From Octopus sinensis (lineage: Eukaryota): DNA of 56,856 nt. The DNA is taken from contig NW_021833610.1 in NCBI RefSeq assembly GCF_006345805.1, positions 1 to 56,856 of the forward strand, read 5' to 3'. The notes under the pieces were generated by a model. The model had not been told where the DNA came from, searched no databases, and saw only the letters and a program-made list of their open reading frames with translations. This document shows positions 11,701-24,600 of this stretch, in pieces; within the stretch, counting starts at the first letter, position 1; each line of letters begins with the position of its first letter. Both the position numbers and the translations under genes were made by a program.

Positions 11701-14700
11701 TATGGTTCAGTGCCACACAAATTACTAATAACAGCCATGGACCACGTCCACATTCCTGATAAAGTGATCAAAATAATGAGGATGTAGTATGACAGTTTCG
11801 AAATGAGGTTTACAACTGGAAATTTTACAACAGATTGCCACCAATTGGAGGTTGGCATTGCTGCTGGCTGTACAATATCTGTCACGTGGTTTATCTTAGT
11901 CATGGAGTTGATTTTGAAAGGTGTAGATTTTTCGGAACAAATCGCCCATGTACAATTGCCTAAGAAAGCCTTCATGGATGGCGTGACACTTCTAGCTACA
12001 GATAAACAAATCATGCAGAATGCCCTCTTGAGATTAGATGAACTTGTAAGGTGATCAAGGATGCGATTTAGAGCAAAAAAGTCGCGTAATCTGACATTTG
12101 TTAAGGGAGTGCAGAAAGAATTTAAGTTTCGAATATCTGAAGCAAGCATTCCAACAGTCAAGGAAGAGCCCGTCAAGAGCTTGGGACGAGTATACGCTGG
12201 AACATTGTCAGACAGAAGTCGTGGGATTGAAATTATGAAACAGGCCGAGGCTGGGTTATCAGCGATTGATAATTTGAAGTTACCAGGTAAATATAAAATT
12301 TGGTGCTTGCAGTTCGGCTTGTACCCGCAACTTGCGTGGCCACTTTTAAAATATGAGGTAGCATTGTCACGAGTTGAAATTGTTGAACAAAAATGTAATG
12401 TGTTCATTAGAAAGTGGCTAGGCCTACCTCATATGTTGAACAGTTCAGCTCTTTATCTTAAAAGAGGTTCGTTGCAGCTACCAATAGCATCAATAGTCGA
12501 AATATATAAGCTGGGGAAGATACGGACGGTCATAATGCTGAGAGGATTGAAGGATATGGAAATCAGGCGTAACCCACCAGAGGTGAAAACAGCCAGGAAG
12601 TGGAAAGCAGAGGCAGAAACTGACGACATCTTTTCTTCTCTTATACCCAGAGATATGGTGGGAGCAATACAGAACCATCGGAAAGGATTTGGTTTTGGCG
12701 CAGATCAGTTCAGACTGTTTGCAAGCATGATGCGGAGTGAACGCAGAACTGTTGTTAGCAACAGCGTCAAAACAAGAGAAGCAGAGAGAAGAGAGCTTCA
12801 TTTGATCCGATGTTTTCATCAAGGTCAAATGACGAGATGGGAAGAACATGTTGTTGAGAGGAAGGTAAGTTGGGATGAGATGTGGAAGTGGACAACATCT
12901 CAGCTGAGTTTTCTGTTTCATTCATCTTATGATGCTTTGCCATCAACTACGAATCTAGTAAGATGGAACGTCTCAGAGAATGACATCTGCAAATGTGGAA
13001 AGGTCGGTACACTAAAGACGCAGGCTGGAAAGCGGAACATTTTCCAATCGAAGTCGGTTGTAGAGGGTTTATTGGATACAGCGTGAGGTGACTTGCTATC
13101 ACTAAGCCTTACTCATTGTAAAGTCAATGCCACCATGACTGATATCCAATCTACAGTGGAGAAGGCTAGCCACTGGATTTGGTTTAAAAAGAGACGATGA
13201 GCGATGGCTAGAAGGATATTAAGTTTAACTTTATAACCAGCTGATCTAGCAATCGGTGTGCATTGATGCCGTCGAGAGGTAGGCCCCGAAACAGCGTGCA
13301 TTCTCTCCTGATGACCCCATACACTTGCTGGCTTCCGATATACGGAGCTTTTGACTGGTAGCACTTGCATGTGCAAGTTGTTTGCAAGACATATTTAGTT
13401 GTTGCAAACTGAAATGGTATATGATTTACAGATTAGAATAACATTTAAACAACATCAAGTGATTACTAGATTAATAGACGACGTGATCATTGGATTAACA
13501 TAGATCATGTGACAGAAGGATCAACATAGATCATGTGATAGAAGGAAGCCTGTCTGAATGAACATATGGATGCCATGAATAGAAAGAGAAATGTTGTAAG
13601 ATTAGGTGGATACACAGTGTAATTGAAGTAGGCTCTTGTAATTAATGGAAACAACAACAGGTAATAAGAGAGATTAATGATTCTTTACAAGAGGGAAATC
13701 TGAGTGAGAACACATTGTAAAATGCAGCAATAGAGCCCACAAGGTAGGACAACACAGAGAACCGCCTGGGATGCAGTGTTTGGGATACAACATCCTCTAT
13801 ACTGCACACAAGAGACTGTATTTTAATGTAATAGTTTGTTCAAGGAATATCTACAATACAATGTATATCAATCAATTTCGAACTGGATGTTAGCAAGCAT
13901 TAGGAACAATTAGAATGGTTTGTGAGGACAAAACTGTCTCATGGAATATGCTCCTAACATTGGCTATTTGATTCGTAATCAGTTGCCTATCGTCCATCAC
14001 CATGTGGAGGAAAAGGTCAGTTTTCCTCAATGGTGGCAGTTGCCTATCTTTCCAGTGGCCATTCCGAGAATTCATGATCTGGAAACTATAAGGAATGCTA
14101 CAAGTCCAGACTGTCACACTGTAGCCCATACTGTACATCAGTGGACACCAAAGTACATGCTTCTGTCTTGAAGCAGACGGAAGTGTTGTATGACTGGAAA
14201 AACACATCTGTGGATTGTGCATAGTTTTATGGACAATTCCGTTCATGCCACAGGGATGCTGGATCAATGATAACCTAGGGTTGTACAACAACTCTTTCAA
14301 TAAATCAATATAATATGATTGATACTTACTAAATGTGAGGAGTTTACACCCCAGGGAGGTAATACCAGATGAAATACTTTCTCACATTTGAGGTTATATC
14401 CTTTAGTGATGGCTATTTCAGATGTAGAAATACCTTTAGGATATTTCTGGTTACATTCAACTTGTATCTGTGGACCAGCAGCATTGAGAATAAATTTGGA
14501 GATAGAACCATCATTAAGCTGGAGGTGTTTATTGGTGCTGTTAATGATGACATCAACCTACAAAAGAATTTAATGGTAAACAACTAAGGAACATTCCATG
14601 GAGAGAAGAGAGATACATTGTTGCAGTTGATATTGTTGTTAAGAAAGGCTCTACAGAATGGCTGTAGTAAGTTTGAGGTTGTTAAAGTTAGCAAAAGATA

Positions 14701-15657
14701 TACTCAAGATATCAGATGTGAAGGAAATAAAATGTTTGAGTTTGATTGAGAAAATGTTTTAATTAACTGTAATGATTCCTCATTTGGAAATGAAATAACA
14801 ATTAAATAAATAAGTTACATGAATCTATTTACTCACAGATGCATTAGAAATTGAATCAATCATTAGGTTTATTTTGATACCAGGATTCTTTGTCAGGGCC
14901 ACATTAGTTCTGGGTATCACAGAAGCTGCTTTCTGTTGTGGATGAAGAGGGGATGGGTTTGATAATGAGGTCCCTGAAAAGAAACAAGTATTAATTAACG
15001 TGTGTGTGTGTGTATATATATATATATCTTATTATAAAAGGTAGATTTTATCTGCCTCCCTTTGTCTCTTATAGAAATCTACAATATAGGATTTCTTCAA
15101 TTACAATTTACCTAGCATTTTTAAGAGTAGAATACATCGGGTCGTGCCAGGTCCAGTTTTTCAAATTTCAACCCCATTTAAGCAAAATTTCGAGAAAACT
15201 CACATTGTGGTGTGTAAGTGAAGTGCTTTTCTTAGTGTGGGCTACAGCACACACACACGCACACACACACAAACGGAGCAAACTGCTTCACTGATGCTAT
15301 CACCCTAATTTCTCCTCCTTTCTCTTTGCAAGTGTGCAACGATTAAAGTGAAAGTATTTATATAAAACGAGAGAAGTGTACCTTAAACCACTACTCAAAA
15401 AAAAAACAACACAGCAAACAGAAACAAATAAATACATAACGATTTACTCCTCACACAATTTCTTCAATTAGAGTTTACCTATGATTTTTCAAAGTACTTC
15501 CATTCGGTCATGGCATACAAAATTTCTTTCAATTTCACCTCCATTTCAGAAAAAATTCAAGAAAACTAAATATTTTACCATTTCACTCTTTCACTCTGCA
15601 TTCCCACTTCCTCTTTACACACATAGACACGCAAATATATAAATAAAATTGTAAGCT

Positions 15658-15693
<36 letters not shown>

Positions 15694-18600
15694 CGTGTGT
15701 GTGTGTGTGTGCATGTGTGTGAGTGTGTGACAGGAAAGTTTTTTAGGACGAATATAAGATCTAAAGTATATCCAAGTAGCAGAAAGATCGCCCAAAAGTG
15801 TATATAGATATTTAAATGTATTTATATATTCATCTATGCACACATGTATGTATAACGTGTGTGTATATATTTCCATAGAGGTAACCATTCACTCCATACA
15901 AAGTTTTTTAGGACGAAAATAAGATCTAAAGTTATCTCTAAGAAAAAGAAAGATCACCCAAAAGTGTATATAGATATTTAAATGTATTTATATATTCATC
16001 TATACACACATGTATGTATAATGTGCGTGTATATATTTCCATAGAGGTAACCATTCAATCCATACAAAGTTTTTTAGGACGAAAATCTTTATATTTAAAA
16101 GAAAGGTTGTGTGTCTGTCTACTCCGATTTAGATTCCTAACTACTCCCACATTTTGCGATGCAGTTTAACCAAAACCGGGTATCTTATAGTCGTGATTCA
16201 TATCGAGCCCTTCTGGGTATTAGCGCGCGTCTACAATGAGTCTACGATTTTACAAATAATTTACCATCATTTTTTTCCATTTTAATGCATATTTTTTAAA
16301 TAAAGGGAAGTAACTCTCAAACTTCACACCAATATGCGTGCTCATATGCGACGTAATATCACATCAGCAGCATTTCCTCACACCCTCCTTGCACTTGGTG
16401 AAGGCAAAATACCAGGGGATGAAAGTGGTAATATTGCCATCAATTCCATTTGTACCTTTGTTAAGACGCCTTCTGATCTCAGAGATGCAGTGTTCCCAGA
16501 TCTACAAGCTAATTATCAGAATATGGATTGGATTGGCCAAAAGGCTATACTGGCCCCGAGGAATAAAACTGTTCACCATATTAATGATGAAATGCTAAAA
16601 CTCATTCCTGGGGAAGTCTATGTATATCAGTCTATCGATACAACTCCTGACCCAGAGGACGTCATCAACTATCCAATAGAGGTACTCAATTCCTTTGAGC
16701 ACCCCGGACTACCACCACACTTTCTCAAACTTAAAGTTGGTGCCCCTATAATGCTCATCAGATATTTGGTTCCCCCAAAACAATGCAATGGCACACGTTT
16801 GATCGTTAAGTCCTTATCTCCCACCGTAAACTTATATCAATATTTGCCTGAATAATCATCATAATAATTCAGTGCAATCATTAACAGTACTTTCAAGCAA
16901 TTCAGCCCTGAGCAACGCCGGGCAATTCTGCTAGTATATATATATAAGCAATGTAACATATCTGGAATGGTACAACAATGCAGAGTGGACTATAATAACT
17001 GTTAGAAATAATTGAATTATTCATGGTCTAATATTTTGGATTATAAAAATTCCTACCTCAGAGATTGCTTGGAACTAATGGAGTCCCTATTATAGTTGGT
17101 TTTCTTATTCTTCTAATGGTTACTGAAATCTGTTGGAAGCGTTCTTGTAATAGTTTCATGAAGTTCTTTCTGGAATACCTCAGGAGAAGTGTGTGAGGAT
17201 TGTCATGTCTTGAACTCGTGTGTGTTGGTACATTCATAGCACTGTTTTTCTTGTCAGTTGTTTGACCATAACCAGTTGAGCATGTCCCTTAGTGGCTGAT
17301 GATATGTGCTTCTCTGATCATGAGCAGAAGTAGTGTGGGTGCATCATAGCTATGTGGTGAGAGGGATTCTTTGGGGTTTGAATAATTCACCCCTGGAGAC
17401 AAGGGTGTTTCATTCAACATCCTTTAATAACCTTTATTCAGGGACCTTTTGAGTGTGATGGGCTACTTGACCTGAAGAAAATTCTAACTGGGCCCCACCT
17501 GATAGGCCATGCACTGTTTATCTTGATAAGAGATAACCATGTTGCGCACATATGGTTGTGATGCATGAGCCTGGTGTACCCTTAATAGATGGGTAGAAAT
17601 GATGTGGATACTGCGCTTTGTATATTTGTACCCCATTGTTACTTTGATGGCATTTGCTGCTCTCTCATTCAATAATAATAATGGCAATAAAAATAATTGA
17701 TGATGATGATGAGAAAAAGTGTCACTAGTTTCTTCCTAAATGATATTTAATATAAGAAGAAAAAAAAACAAACGAATTTACCTGATGATACATCTGAACC
17801 ATCTGCTGACATTTGTTGGAAATATTCTTTAAATTTCTGTTAAAAGTAAGCAAATAATTTATCATTACTCAATGAGAAAATAATTAATTTCTGCTAATTA
17901 CAATGCAATGTTTTAACTCATTGTTTCTATCACAAATATTGTTTTAAATTAATATTTTCATTTATTGTATCATAGAATAACTTCCTATGAGGAAGAGGCT
18001 TTTGAATATTCTGTAGTTTGGGGAGGAATTTTTACTTACAGAATAAAAAGAAATGAAATTTGCTTGTTTAAGTGACTGTAAAAAATTATTCATGGAATTG
18101 AAATTGGTATTAAGATTCCATGTTATGCCCAAACACCAGCTTAATAATGACAAAGCTAATTTACTTTATTGTTCGTTACTTTCAAAACTGTTTAAAACAA
18201 AGGAAGAACATTTCTGTTGAAACAGACTGGCTTTGAGTAAATTCCTGTGAATTACTGGTATGTCAACAGTGCTTTACTTCAATGCTATATATACTGTCCT
18301 ACAGAGTATATCTGCAGATGTGTACCCAACACTGGAGAAAGAAGAAAAAGAACTGGTCCAGCCAAACAATCTTTTCCCGTCCCCAACACATATTGTATAC
18401 AGAAAGTGTATATATGACGCTCAGTTTATATACACCCGTCTTGCTTACACCCATCTATGCATAGCCAATATAGTTTATAGAGACACGACGTTTACATTAC
18501 TATAAAAATATATATATACAGATATTGTATATATAGACAAGACATTTACATTAGTCTGTACACACAGATCTTGTACATCTCCCTCTCTCTCTTTCGGAGA

Positions 18601-21600
18601 GGCACAAGCACCTACACGCACATATACACACACGGCAGTAACTTCCGCCTGCCGAATTCAATCACAAAGCTTCGGTCAGCTCGGGGCTATAGCAGAAGAC
18701 ACCTACCCAGAGTGCCACGCAGTGGGACTGAACCCGAAACCATATAGCTAGGAAGCAAGCTCCCTAACCACACAGCCATGCCCGCGATTATATAGATATG
18801 GGTGTATATGGTTCTGTATGTGTGGTTCGCCCTGAAAGTCCCTGAAACGATGTATCCTCAAGAAAAAACGAATTTGATATTCAAAATCTGCATCCCAATG
18901 AATGGTCATCCATAAATAATAATATAAAAATATAATTTGCAACGAGAACTCAACTGCAAATGTCTTTCTCTCTATTTGTTACCATGAATCTCTCTCTATT
19001 ATTTTTCTCTCTGCCCCTCTCTCTCTCTCTCTCCCTATATATATATATACACACACACACACACATGTATTACCTCTCACGCATTGCTTTCATACTGTTT
19101 AAAACAATGTCTTCTAAAGTTTACTTTCGTTGTATCACAGCTTCTATGCACAAACCCTGTTTTTTCATTGCTATTCTGACCTCGTCTGTAGAATTCATAT
19201 TTTTTACATCCAAATCATTTTTGAAGACTGCAGAATGAATGATATAATCAGATGGAGCAATGTCTGACGAATATGGTGGGTGGGGCATCGTTTCCCATTC
19301 AAACTGCTCCAGCCTTTGGAATGTCATTCTTGCTGTATGTGGCCAAACATTATCCTGATGGAAGAACACCTTTCATCTTCAAACCAAAGATGGTCGTCGT
19401 TCTTCTAGTGCTGACTTAAACTGCTCAAGCTGCTCACTGTAGATCTCCTTTGTTATTGTTTGGTTTGGGTTTAAAAGTTCAAAGTGGACTTAACCTTTCA
19501 TATCTCACCAAACTGATAACAACACCTTATATGGATGAAGACCTTCTTTCTCCTGGGGTATCGGTCTTTCTCCTTTCCCTACACACTTCAGTACTTGACA
19601 TTCTTATAGAGAACCCATTTCTTGTCACCAGTCGCCATTCAGTCCAAAAAAGATTCATTCATGAGATGTGACAGCAAAGAAGAGCACACCTTAACTCTCT
19701 GTGCATGATTAGACTCAGAAAGTTAGTGAGGAAATCATTGACACCATTTGCTGTTTGCTGACTTTGTCTGGTGGCATGCAGGTGTCGATGAATGGTTGAA
19801 TGACCAAATACAAGCTTCTCTGTTAGTTCCTTAACAGTATGATGAGATTTTGTTCCACCAGGCTTTGCAGGACATCCTCATAGAGCTCTACAGATCTTCC
19901 AGAATGAGGGTTGTCTTCTAGGCTGTAGTTTCCAACACAGAATTTGTGGAACCACCATTGACACTGGCTTATACTTATTGTCCAATCCTCATATACTGTA
20001 TTAATATTCCTCACACTTTCCATTGTCTTTATGCCGAATATGCTCCTTTGTAACTTCCATTGTAGCTTTGAAAAAATGACTGTTAAAATTGAACTACACT
20101 CTTCAAAATTTGAATTAAGAATAATTCAAAGGTAAAATTACTACCTGCTTTTATAGCAAGTTGATGCAGGTCGTATTTTTTCCCATCCCCCTCCAACTTT
20201 CAGTTCATGCAATGGAAAAAATCACATTATTTATGGAAAAGAAATGTGTCTGCATGGATGATGGCTCAATTGCATTTAATGATGCTGCAAAGAGAGAGAC
20301 TTGGAGATACCACTATGAAAGGTTGTCAAATGAAGAGAATGAATGGGAGAATGAGAGTCTGCCAACAGAGAGACCAACTATCTAAATTTACAGTACCTTG
20401 GTAGATAAAGCAATTAAGGGTATGAAAACAGGGAAAGCCCGGACCCATCAGGAAACACTGCAGAGATGCTTAAAACATCTGGCAGTGTCGGCTATAGCCT
20501 AGTCACCCATATAGTCAATCAGGTGATACATGAAAGAGTCGTACCCAATGACTGGTGTAGCAGCATAATAGTCAACTGCTACAAAGATAAAGGTGACACT
20601 TTAGATACAAATAATTACAAGGGTATCACATTGTTGGATCAGGTAATGAAAGTCACAGAGAGGGTTGTAGCCCAACTAATTAGGGAGAGAGTTAGTTTAG
20701 ACAAGATACAGTTTGGGTTTGTGCCAGGGAAAAGCACCACTGATGCTATATTTCTGGTAAGACTGCTGCTGGAGAAATACCTAGCCAAAAATAAACCTAT
20801 GTACCTGACTTTCGTTGACATGGAGAAAGCCTTTGACAGGGTCCCCTGATCACTTATCTGGTGGTCAATGCGGAAACTGGGGATAGATGAATGGTTAGTG
20901 AAGGCTGTACAAGCCATTTGCAGGGATACTGTCAGTAAGGTGAGGGTTGTCAACAAGTATAGTGAAGAATTCTGAGTAGGGGTCCACCAAGGACCAAGTC
21001 CCTAACTCCATTTTATTCATCATAGTCCTCCAGACAATAACAGAGGAATTCAAGATAGGATGTTCCTGGGAGATACTCTATGCTGATGACCTTGCTCTTA
21101 TAGCTGAGTTACTATCAGAACTAGAGAAGTTTCAGGTGTAGAAGTAATGTCTAGAATCAAAGGGTCTTAGAGAGAATTTCGCAAAAAGCAAGGTCTTAAT
21201 AAGTAGGAAGGCAGACAAATCACAAATCCATTCAGGTAGATGTCCTGCTTGATCTGTAGAAAAGGCATCGGTAGAAATTCCATAAGATGTACCCAGTGCA
21301 AGCTATGGACACACAAGAGGTGCAGCAATATCAAAGAAGGCTAACTGGGAAGATAGTTTTTGTGTGTGCCAAATGCAGAGGGGCGATAAACACTGGAAAC
21401 ACATGCCAGGTGGAGAAACTAGAAGTAGTTCATAGCTTCTGTTACCTAGGTGACCAAGCCAGCATTGGGGGTGGATGCACTGAGAGCAGAACTTCTTGAA
21501 TGAGAATACCCCAGGCAAAGTGCAGAGAGCTCCTACCTCTGCTGGTAACAAAGGTAGACTGTATGACACATGTGTGAGAACAGCTATGCTACATGGCAGT

Positions 21601-24600
21601 GAAACATAGGCTGTGACAGTTGAGGATATGCATAAGGTCACAAGGAATGAAACCAGTATGCTCCACTGGATGTGTAATGTCAGTGTGGATACACAACAGA
21701 GTTTAAGAACCCTGAGAAAAAAGTTGGACATAAGAATCATCAGATGTGGTGTGCAAGAGAGACGACTGCACTGGTATGGTCATGTGGTGCAAATGGATGA
21801 GGATAGCTGTGTGAAAAAGTGTCACACCCTAGCAGTGGAGGGTACTTGTAGAAGAGGTAGACCCAGGAAGACATGGGATGAGGTGGTGAAGCATGACCAT
21901 AAAATGTTGGGCCTCACAGAGGTGATGACAAGCAACAGAAACCTTTGGAGATATGCTGTACTTGAGAAGACCTGGCAAGCCAAGTGAGACGATAACCATG
22001 ACCTATGCCAGTGTAACATAACCAGCCCAATTAAGAGTACCCATCAATCCTTGGCCAATAAACTGCACTTGAGGAGACCTGTTGAGTCAAGTGAAATCAT
22101 TGTTATAGAGGATGCCAATACTGCCTGATTGTTCCCATGCTGGTGGCATGTAAAAAGCACCATTCGAGTGAGGTTGTTGCCAGTGTTGCCTGATTGTTCC
22201 CATGCTGGTGGCATGTAAAAAGCACCATTCGAGTGAGGTTGTTGCCAGTGTTGCCTGATTGTTCCCATGCTGGTGGCATGTAAAAAGCACCATTTGAGCT
22301 TGGTTGTTGCCAGTGCCACATGACTGGCCCCCATGCCAGTGGTACATAAAAAGCATCCACTACAATCTCGGAGTGGCTGGTATTAGGAAGGGCATCCAGC
22401 TTCAGAAACCTTGCCAGATCAGGTTGGAGCCTGGTGCAGACTTCTGGTTTGCCAGTCCTCAGTGGAACCTTCCAACCCATGCCAGCATGGAAATGAGACA
22501 TTAAACAATGATGATGGTGATGATGATGAAGCTGATATTCCACCCATCTCTGCTATTGATGCTCAAACACAGAGTAGGGTTTGCTGACCCCTGTTACTTT
22601 GTTGAACACTTGACCATATCAGATTTTATATTTTGGAGATATCTACACTCCAACAGGGGGTTGAGTTCCACTCAGTTACATTGATGTTCTTGGAAAAGAC
22701 ACAGAACAAGAAGCAGAGTAAAGGGGGAGGAGGCGGACAGAGATTATTGGTGTGGAATTGTGAAATGTGTCTTGATTGTGGCAGCTTGGAAGAGGAGGAG
22801 GAAGGGGAGGAGAAAAGAGTGAAAGGAAGACAGACAGCACTGATTTCAAATCTGCTGAATCAGAACTGACTCGGGGTTAAATAAGAACAGTCAAACTGCA
22901 AAGAAGACCTTCAGTGTTACCAATTCTTGTAGAGTTGGTTTTGAATCCAATAACAACCAACAAGCAAAACATTCTTAGCTTCAAATGTTACAATGGAATA
23001 TTTCAGAAGCAAGAATTTGGTGATGGGAAATGGTATAATGAAAGGATAAAGCACAAGATATAATGAACAGCCTTAAAGGTAGCATGAAGAAAGGTACCCA
23101 GGACATGCTGTGAAGTGGTTGGCATTAGGAATGGCATCCAGCCATAGAAACCATGCCAAAGCAGACACTGGGGTTTAATAAACCCTTCTGGCTCATTGGA
23201 GCCAGTCAAAATGTTGCACCCATGAAAGTATGGAACAAGGGCAGTAAATTATTATGAGGGTCATTTCTATTTTCTTTTCTTTATTGCGGAATATTGGTTT
23301 TTGGTAAATTCCAAGAATATCAACATAAAACAACAAACAACAAATACATCAACCAACCTTTGCTATTTCTCTGTCTTGAGGATAAACCGTAAAGTAAACG
23401 TCTTTGATCTGGCTTGGATTTAGATTTGAGTAGTTTTTCACGGCTTCATACATAGTTCTGGGTAGATTTTCAATGGGGTACTTCAATGTTCCAGCTCCTA
23501 ATATAGGAAATGCAATACTTTTCACTCCCATTCTCTCAGTATTTTTCAGACAAATGGTTATTATTTGAGTCAAGTTTGCCAGAATCTAAAAAAAATAATT
23601 GTTTAGTAATTGATAATGAATATTTTATTAGAGGAAGGAATTGTTAAGTTGTAATTAATATATTCTTTGATTAACAGATTCCACACAGAATTTGTTGTTC
23701 TGAACAGAAATGTTTTACACATTTGAATAACATTAAACAACTTCTAGTGATTATTGGATTAACAGATCATGTGGTCATTGGATTAACATGGATTAACATG
23801 TGACAGAAGGATCAACACAGATCATGTGATAGCAGGAAGTCTGGTCTGAGTGAAGATATGGATGCCGTGAATGGAAAAAGAAATGTTCCAAGATTTGGTG
23901 GTTGCACAGTGTAATTCAGGTGGAATTTTGTAATTAACAAAAAAATAATAGGGAAGAGGAGAGATTAATTATTATTTACAAGAGGGAAATCTGGGTGAGA
24001 ACATACTGCAAGAAGCAACAAAACCACCCACAAGGCAGGGCGCCACAGGCACAAAAGACTCTACACTGCACACAAGAGACTATGGTTGAGTCGAAATGTT
24101 CAGGGAATATCTACAATAGAGTCTACATCAATTTCAAACAACCAGAATCCATGCTTTGGAAATTGTACAGAATACCACAACACCAGACTGTAGCCCATAC
24201 TGTAGCCCATACTGTACGTCACTGGACATCAAAATACATGCTTCTGTCTTGAAGCAGACGGAAGTGTTGTATGACTGGAAAAACACATCTGTGGATTGTG
24301 CATAGTTTTATGGACAATTCCGTACATGCCACAGGGATGCTGGATCAATGATAACCTAGGGTTGTACAACAACTCTTTCAGTAAATCGATATAATATGAT
24401 TGATACTTACTGAATCAGATGAATTTTCATCCCAGGGAGGTAATACCAGGTGAAATACTTTCTTACATTTGAGGTTATATCCTTTAGTGATGGCTAATTC
24501 AGATGTAGAAATACCTTGAGGATATTTCTGGTTACATTCAACTTGTATCTCTGGACCAGCAGCATTGAGAATAGATTTGGAGATAGCACCAATGTTAAGC

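Noticed and set aside
11574-12407. 277-aa minus-strand ORF and similar ORFs (27343-27759, 36621-37004, 49692-50012)
   Set aside because: Antisense shadows of reverse transcriptase coding sequence with no independent protein features.
13260-13345. Hammerhead-like words in the HERO-like 3' UTR (GTC-GAGAG, GAAAC, CTCTC-CTGATGA)
   Set aside because: A stem I is possible, but GAAAC falls inside its loop and the flanks of the would-be stem II are both CCCC, so the topology does not close.
13890-14300. 136-aa intronic ORF in cassette B
   Set aside because: The paralogous intron in cassette A lacks much of it, it has no recognisable motif, and it lies in an intron of the macro gene.
22122-22316. 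65-bp and 115-bp (41834-42371) arrays as CRISPR-like loci
   Set aside because: Contiguous units with no unique spacers, no cas genes, eukaryotic context; both derive from retroelement sequence.
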